DNA of 64,000 nucleotides. Origin: Planctomycetota bacterium. GTDB lineage: Bacteria; Planctomycetota; PLA2; JAEUHO01. The notes under the pieces are model-generated. The model made no database searches, was not told where the DNA came from, and saw nothing but the letters and a program-made list of their open reading frames with translations. The first letter of the stretch is position 1, and every line of letters starts with the position of its first letter. Positions 59,640 through 64,000 of this stretch are shown one piece after another. The stretch lies in assembly GCA_965223505.1 (NCBI GenBank), contig CBDCWP010000039.1, forward strand, positions 209,854-273,853, read 5' to 3'. A program made the position numbers and the translations under genes.

Positions 59640-59993
59640 ATGGGACCGCTGGTTCTGGCGAGCAACTTCCTGATGGCAGCTGGTTCAGGCCAGGTGTTTA
59701 TCGGAGATTGGCTGCCGATCAACAGCCAGTATCAGCTCGCCACGATCCACGTTCACTGTCAGACGATCACGCCGTTCCCGCCCGTCACGGGCTACGAGGT
59801 GATGGTGGATAGTTCATTCGACACCGTCGAGAGCAATCAGATCGGAACCACGATCGTCGTGTCGACGACGGGGAGCCTGAGTTCCCCGGTGACAACCAAC
59901 CTTGGACCGTTTGTGCGCTTGCGAATCGAGAACCCTGAGTCGGTGGCGATGCTGGCGATCATGAGTGTCTGGTTGCAGTTGAAGAAGACGTAA
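59640..59993 (+). CDS. Member 4 of the tandem small-protein paralog family.
   Basis: AGAAGGG SD. Product: MGPLVLASNF…IHVHCQT…FDTVESNQIGTTI…VRLRIENPES…MSVWLQLKKT. Confidence 0.6.
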   Translation: MGPLVLASNFLMAAGSGQVFIGDWLPINSQYQLATIHVHCQTITPFPPVTGYEVMVDSSFDTVESNQIGTTIVVSTTGSLSSPVTTNLGPFVRLRIENPESVAMLAIMSVWLQLKKT

Positions 59994-60290
59994 GTAGCCG
60001 TCGAGTCGATGCCATGGTTCGCGGGTAGCGAGGAGCTAAACAAGAATGCCGGATTTCACACAGACTTACTCGCGTAACAACGACGACCTTAACGGCGTGG
60101 ACGCCACGAACAACAGTGAGTACGAAACAGCCAAGCTGACTGTGACGTTGTCGGCCAACACGGACGACTGTAAGTCGATAGCGAGGACGACGACTCCGAC
60201 GAGAACTGATACGCCGTCGTCAACTGATACGCCGGCGGATCTGTCGCGCCCGCTGGGGTTCACCGAGGAGGATAGACTTCCGGGAGGTGG

Positions 60291-61688
60291 AGGGTGTACC
60301 GTTCTTTCTGTAAATGGCTCCCCGGAGGAGAGGCGCTCGCTTCGCTTGAATCAGCTAGCTGATTCAAGCGAAGCGGGCGCGCCGCCATCTCCCGGGGCGA
60401 ACTGAGTGGCGGATCAACGCCGTACCTTTGCAGGTAACGACACCACGCAAAGGAGGAACGACGTGACCCACCACGAACAGCGTACGCCTTGGGGCGACGC
60501 ACTGGAAGCGCTCAGCGAGAACGGGTTCGACGGCATGGCTGAGGCGATGCGGGTGCTGGTGAACGAGGCCATGAAGGTCGAACGCAGTGCCTTCCTCGGC
60601 GCCGAGCCCCACGAACGCACGGATCAGCGCCGCGGCTACGCCAACGGCTTCAAGCGCAAGCGCGTCAGAACCCGCTTGGGCGAGATCGACGTCCAGGTGC
60701 CCCAGGTTCGCGACGTCGAGGGCGGCGACACGTTCTACCCCTCCAGCCTCGAACGCGGCCAGCGAAGCGAGAGAGCGCTCACGCTGGCCCTGGCGGAGAT
60801 GTACGTCCAGGGCGTCTCGACGCGGCGTGTCGAGGCGATCACGAAGGTGCTTTGCAACGGCCTGGAGATCAGCTCCACGAGCGTGTCTCGAGCAGCTGCG
60901 CTGCTCGACGAGGAGCTCGAGCGCTGGCGCACACGTCCGCTCGGCGCGTTCAAGTACCTCGTACTCGACGCTCGCTACGAGAAGGTGCGCCACGGCGGAT
61001 CGGTGCGCGACTGCGCTGTGCTGATCGCCATCGGCGTCGATTCTCACGGCAAGCGCAGCGTGCTGGGAACGAGCGTGAGCCTCTCGGAGGCCGAGGTCCA
61101 TTGGCGCGAGTTCCTCGCTTCTCTCCAGGATCGCGGCCTTCACGGCGTCGAGCTCATCACCAGCGACGGCCACAAGGGCATTGCGGCCGCGCTGGCGGCG
61201 CGGTTCGCCGGCGTGGCCTGGCAGCGCTGCCAGTTCCACCTGCAGCAGAACGCGCAGAGCTACGTTCCGCGCCAGAAGCTTCGACGCGACGTTGCCGCTG
61301 ACCTTCGCGCCGCGTTCAATGCGACGTCGCGTCGCGAGGCCGAAGAGAAGCTCAAGGCCTTCGTGAAGAAGTGGGACAAGCCCGCGCCCGACCTGGCGCG
61401 CTGGGCCGAAGAGAACATTCCGCAGGGCTTCACCGTGTTCGATCTCGGCCTGAACGAAGCGCAGCGCAAGCGCCTTCGCACCACCAACAGCCTCGAGAAC
61501 CTGAATCAGCAGATCCGCCGCCGCACTCGCGTCGCCGGATTGTTTCCGAACGAAGCGTCCTTGCTGCGGCTCGCAAGCGCGGTGCTCATCGAGATCAGCG
61601 AGGAATGGGAAACCGGACGGAGGTACTTGCCGAGGGACGACGCTTGATCAACCGCTCAGCGATTTACAGAAAGAACGTTGCTCTGCCC
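60291..61688 (+). mobile_element. Intact IS256-family insertion sequence (1398 bp) with a 9-bp TSD, gggaggtgg.
   Basis: Same termini as the copy at 20719-22116, and identical in the terminal and flanking stretches compared. Direct repeats are at 60282-60290 and 61689-61697. Confidence 0.9.
60406..61647 (+). CDS. IS256-family transposase, 413 aa.
   Basis: Protein is identical to the transposase at 20834-22075. Confidence 0.9.
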   Translation: MADQRRTFAGNDTTQRRNDVTHHEQRTPWGDALEALSENGFDGMAEAMRVLVNEAMKVERSAFLGAEPHERTDQRRGYANGFKRKRVRTRLGEIDVQVPQVRDVEGGDTFYPSSLERGQRSERALTLALAEMYVQGVSTRRVEAITKVLCNGLEISSTSVSRAAALLDEELERWRTRPLGAFKYLVLDARYEKVRHGGSVRDCAVLIAIGVDSHGKRSVLGTSVSLSEAEVHWREFLASLQDRGLHGVELITSDGHKGIAAALAARFAGVAWQRCQFHLQQNAQSYVPRQKLRRDVAADLRAAFNATSRREAEEKLKAFVKKWDKPAPDLARWAEENIPQGFTVFDLGLNEAQRKRLRTTNSLENLNQQIRRRTRVAGLFPNEASLLRLASAVLIEISEEWETGRRYLPRDDA

Positions 61689-62398
61689 GGGAGGTGGGTG
61701 GCCGGCGAAGATCCCCGGCGGTGTCCCTTGGGGTTCGCCGGACGCGGAAACCATCGAAGAGCCGCCTCCAGTCGAGACAGAGGACGACGAACCTGCTGGA
61801 ACAGAGGGTGGTGGAGACACTTCTGTCGTTTGGAGATGCACCGGCGAAGTCAAGATCACGCTTACCGTGAAGGCAGAGCAGAAGACCAGTGATCCTCTAT
61901 TCATGGAGGGGGGGCAGGGCTACCGACTGAGAGGTGCAGTCATTGGGAGGAGAGAACCGATCATCACCGGTCCCTTCGTGCAGCCTCCTCCTCCGGGCCT
62001 CGGAGAGCCAGCCCCCTTGGAGTTGACCGCGACGATTGATCTAGGTACGTTGCCGTGTACGGGTGGTCGCCTGCGAGGGACAGTGTACGCCAACATGATA
62101 AACAGCAGGCACCGAGTTCGACTGCCCGCGAGTAACGGGCGCCCAGAGAGAACTAGGGTCCTGCCTCGAACGCAGTTGCAGATCAGTTTCACATTGAACG
62201 TCAAGGAATGCGGAGATGTGGAGTGCCAAAGGTTGGAGACCGAAGTACCTGCGTGGTTGCACCAGACCTATGACCGTCGATTCCGGATGCGGCGCTCCAA
62301 CATGCTCAGACACACGGGAAGCAACTTCGAACGTGCCCCCGCGACCGGTTGGCCTCAACCGTTCCGTAGGAAGGTGGAGCGTTAGGCGAGGGGGGGGT

Positions 62399-62866
62399 GT
62401 GCACGAACGTAGACTCTTGGCTTCATCGCTGTGCTTGCTGGCACTCGTCCTGAGTGCTTGCGCAAGTGCCTCCAGTCAGCGACTGCCCGCATACGAGCCC
62501 TACGTGTTTCCTGTGCTCGAGTGCCGTCTTGTCCGCGCGGAGGAGTACGTCATGGTCGTGCGATCGAACCGGACGTGGTGGATTGTGGACCAAACGCTCT
62601 CGGATCATGACAAGAACAAGGTACAAGTGGGCACTTGGCGGGCGCTTGATCAATCTGTGTTGCAGTTTCGGCGATACGGTAGCCGGCGGCCAACCGGCTA
62701 TCTAAGGTGCGATCTATCGGACCGCTCCGGAACAACGTGGGCCTTCTCTCGCGATCAGGGATTCCAGCGTTCGACTCGCTTGGTCGTGTCCGACCCGAGT
62801 GAAGTCCATATCCTATGGAATGCGCTCTCTCCGGTGAAAGACCGACTAGCTCTGGCCGCCCGATGA
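62399..62866 (+). CDS. Lipoprotein of 155 aa.
   Basis: GTG start after GAGGGGGGG. Signal peptide with lipobox LVLSAC. Confidence 0.55.
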   Translation: MHERRLLASSLCLLALVLSACASASSQRLPAYEPYVFPVLECRLVRAEEYVMVVRSNRTWWIVDQTLSDHDKNKVQVGTWRALDQSVLQFRRYGSRRPTGYLRCDLSDRSGTTWAFSRDQGFQRSTRLVVSDPSEVHILWNALSPVKDRLALAAR

Positions 62867-63011
62867 CCCAGTTTTCGCGCTGCGGCTTGAAGCATCCCCT
62901 TGCCGAGAACGACAGCCAGACGTCCGTATCCACAGGAGCTTGAAGGAGACACGGACACGCGGCGACGGCTGCAGTCGCTCGTGGCGGGCAGCGATAGCAC
63001 TCTCCGAGTTC

Positions 63012-63524
63012 CTACTTGACGTTTGCTTGCTCCTTCGTCAGCGCAGTCGCAGCAACCGCGATAGCGTCAAACATGTTGGAGTGATAGCGCGTCTTCCATT
63101 TGCGGTTGAGGCCGAGAAAGGCCCGAAGCCGCGGGTATCCCTGACAGATAGCGGAAGCGACTCGAGCCTTGCTGGCGTTTCCGTCTCCGGTGACTCGTTT
63201 TTTCGCTGTGCTCGGGGAGACCAGCACGACGCGCACTCCCAGCGCCTCCGCTAGTGACTGGATCTCGTCGGCAACCAGGCGCAGCAAGCCAGAGTGAGAG
63301 CTTGCTGAGAAGAAGATGCGCTCGATGACCACAGCCTCGGGTTGATAGGCCTCGATGAGGCGGCCAACGACCTTGCGTGCTGCCGCCAGAGTCTGTTGCG
63401 GTCGGCACTCCCAGATCTCAAAGACCTGATGATGAATGAGCTCACGGCCTTCAAGCACAGCCGTACCCAGATACCTCGTTCCCGGATCTATCCCCAGCAC
63501 CCTTTCTGGTCTTGGACCCTTCAT
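63012..63524 (-). CDS. RuvC-like Holliday-junction resolvase family protein.
   Basis: N-terminal VLGIDPGTRYLGTAVLEG matches the RuvC ILGIDPGsrvtGyGV motif. The protein is ~170 aa and carries acidic residues at RuvC-like positions (E…D). Confidence 0.65.
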   Translation of the reverse strand: MKGPRPERVLGIDPGTRYLGTAVLEGRELIHHQVFEIWECRPQQTLAAARKVVGRLIEAYQPEAVVIERIFFSASSHSGLLRLVADEIQSLAEALGVRVVLVSPSTAKKRVTGDGNASKARVASAICQGYPRLRAFLGLNRKWKTRYHSNMFDAIAVAATALTKEQANVK

Positions 63525-63594
63525 GAAAGCAGGGTGCGGTACTTCTCCAGGCAAGCCAGCCAGGAAGAGTTCCCAAGGAAGATCGAATCCGCTC

Positions 63595-63804
63595 CTAGGG
63601 CCCAGGTGGATCGCCCAGAAGCGCTCTGAGCTTCCACCAATAGCGCCGAGCCACTCGGTACTCGCTCAGTTCCCAGGCCTTCCAGGTGCGGTGAGCGACA
63701 CCCACCCGGACTGCAGCCTCACGCTGCAATAGACCGAGCCGTCGTCGGGACCGGCGAATCCAGTTGCTCTCAGCTCGTCCGTCGAGCCGAGGAAATGGCG
63801 GCAC
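63595..63804 (-). CDS. Possible XRE-like HTH protein (69 aa, GTG start).
   Basis: …RRRLGLLQREAAVRVGVAHRTWKAWELSEY… resembles an XRE-family HTH. No SD is evident. Confidence 0.3.
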   Translation of the reverse strand: MPPFPRLDGRAESNWIRRSRRRLGLLQREAAVRVGVAHRTWKAWELSEYRVARRYWWKLRALLGDPPGP

Positions 63805-63839
63805 CGGGACTGACAAAGTGGCATTCCAACAAGGCTCCA

Positions 63840-64000
63840 AACCCCTCACCCTTCGGAGGGGGGCCTGGGGGCACGTGCGGAGTGGGCCTTGAACCTCGAT
63901 GGAGACGTTCTTCGTTGCGGTCCTTCGAGTGCCGCGAGGAAGCGTCCTCGTGATGTAGGCGCGATGCGGAGCAAGGACGCGGGCGCTCACCCTTTAGAGG
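63840..64000. repeat. A further copy (partial or more than one) of the ~127-bp hairpin repeat seen at 57062-57540.
   Basis: ccctcacccttcggaggggggcctgggggcacgtgcggagtgggccttgaacctcgatggagacgttcttcgttgcggtccttcgagtgccgcgaggaagcgtcctcgtgatgtaggcgcgatgcggagcaaggacgcgggcgctcaccc is essentially identical to copies a and b at 57.1-57.3 kb. It runs off the window end. Confidence 0.8.

Larger units (their letters stand above)
60046..62385 (+). pseudogene. Hypothetical protein gene (~310 aa before insertion) split by the IS256 insertion.
   Basis: The frame before the IS (…GFTEEDRLPGG) continues exactly after the IS plus the 9-bp TSD (GGWPAKIPGGVPWGSPDAETIEE…). The N-terminus is Asn/Asp/Thr-rich and the C-terminal half looks globular. 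Confidence 0.6.

Overview
High-GC bacterial chromosome segment, probably myxobacterial (Deltaproteobacteria-like): about 68-70% GC, GC3-saturated codons, frequent GTG/TTG starts. No database search was possible, so every call rests on reading the sequence and recalling protein-family motifs. The window divides into three parts. (A) 1-16.8 kb looks like core genome: an EEP-family phosphoesterase; a membrane-domain/GMC-oxidoreductase fusion; a secreted TPR+CHAT protein broken by two apparent frameshifts; an ECF sigma/anti-sigma pair; a beta-propeller-repeat lipoprotein; and a secreted protein carrying about 25 tandem copies of an 11-aa Arg/Asp/His repeat. (B) 17-41.6 kb is accessory and mosaic. 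It holds one 5'-truncated and one intact 1398-bp IS256-family element (a third intact copy lies at 60.3-61.7 kb). It holds tightly coupled operons of small hypothetical proteins (DUF2750-like, DUF4926-like, zinc ribbons). It also holds a ~13.7 kb island integrated at tRNA-Pro(CGG), delimited by a 42-bp direct repeat of the tRNA 3' end. That island carries a Type II R-M pair (PD-(D/E)xK REase plus Dam-like MTase), Xis plus tyrosine integrase, an integrase remnant, a NYN-domain protein, and the most interesting module: a 3-gene operon MTase / NurA-like / HerA-like ATPase, a candidate non-canonical restriction-modification or defense system. (C) 41.7-64 kb holds an ECF sigma fused to a TM segment and ~900 aa of carboxypeptidase-regulatory-like repeats; a Ser/Thr kinase-FGE fusion; a response regulator-GHKL protein; two paralogous secreted HEAT-repeat proteins; a ~127-bp hairpin-rich repeat in 4 tandem copies, recurring at the window end; a tandem array of four ~118-aa paralogs of unknown family; a gene cleanly split by an IS256 insertion (9-bp TSD); a lipoprotein; and a RuvC-like resolvase.
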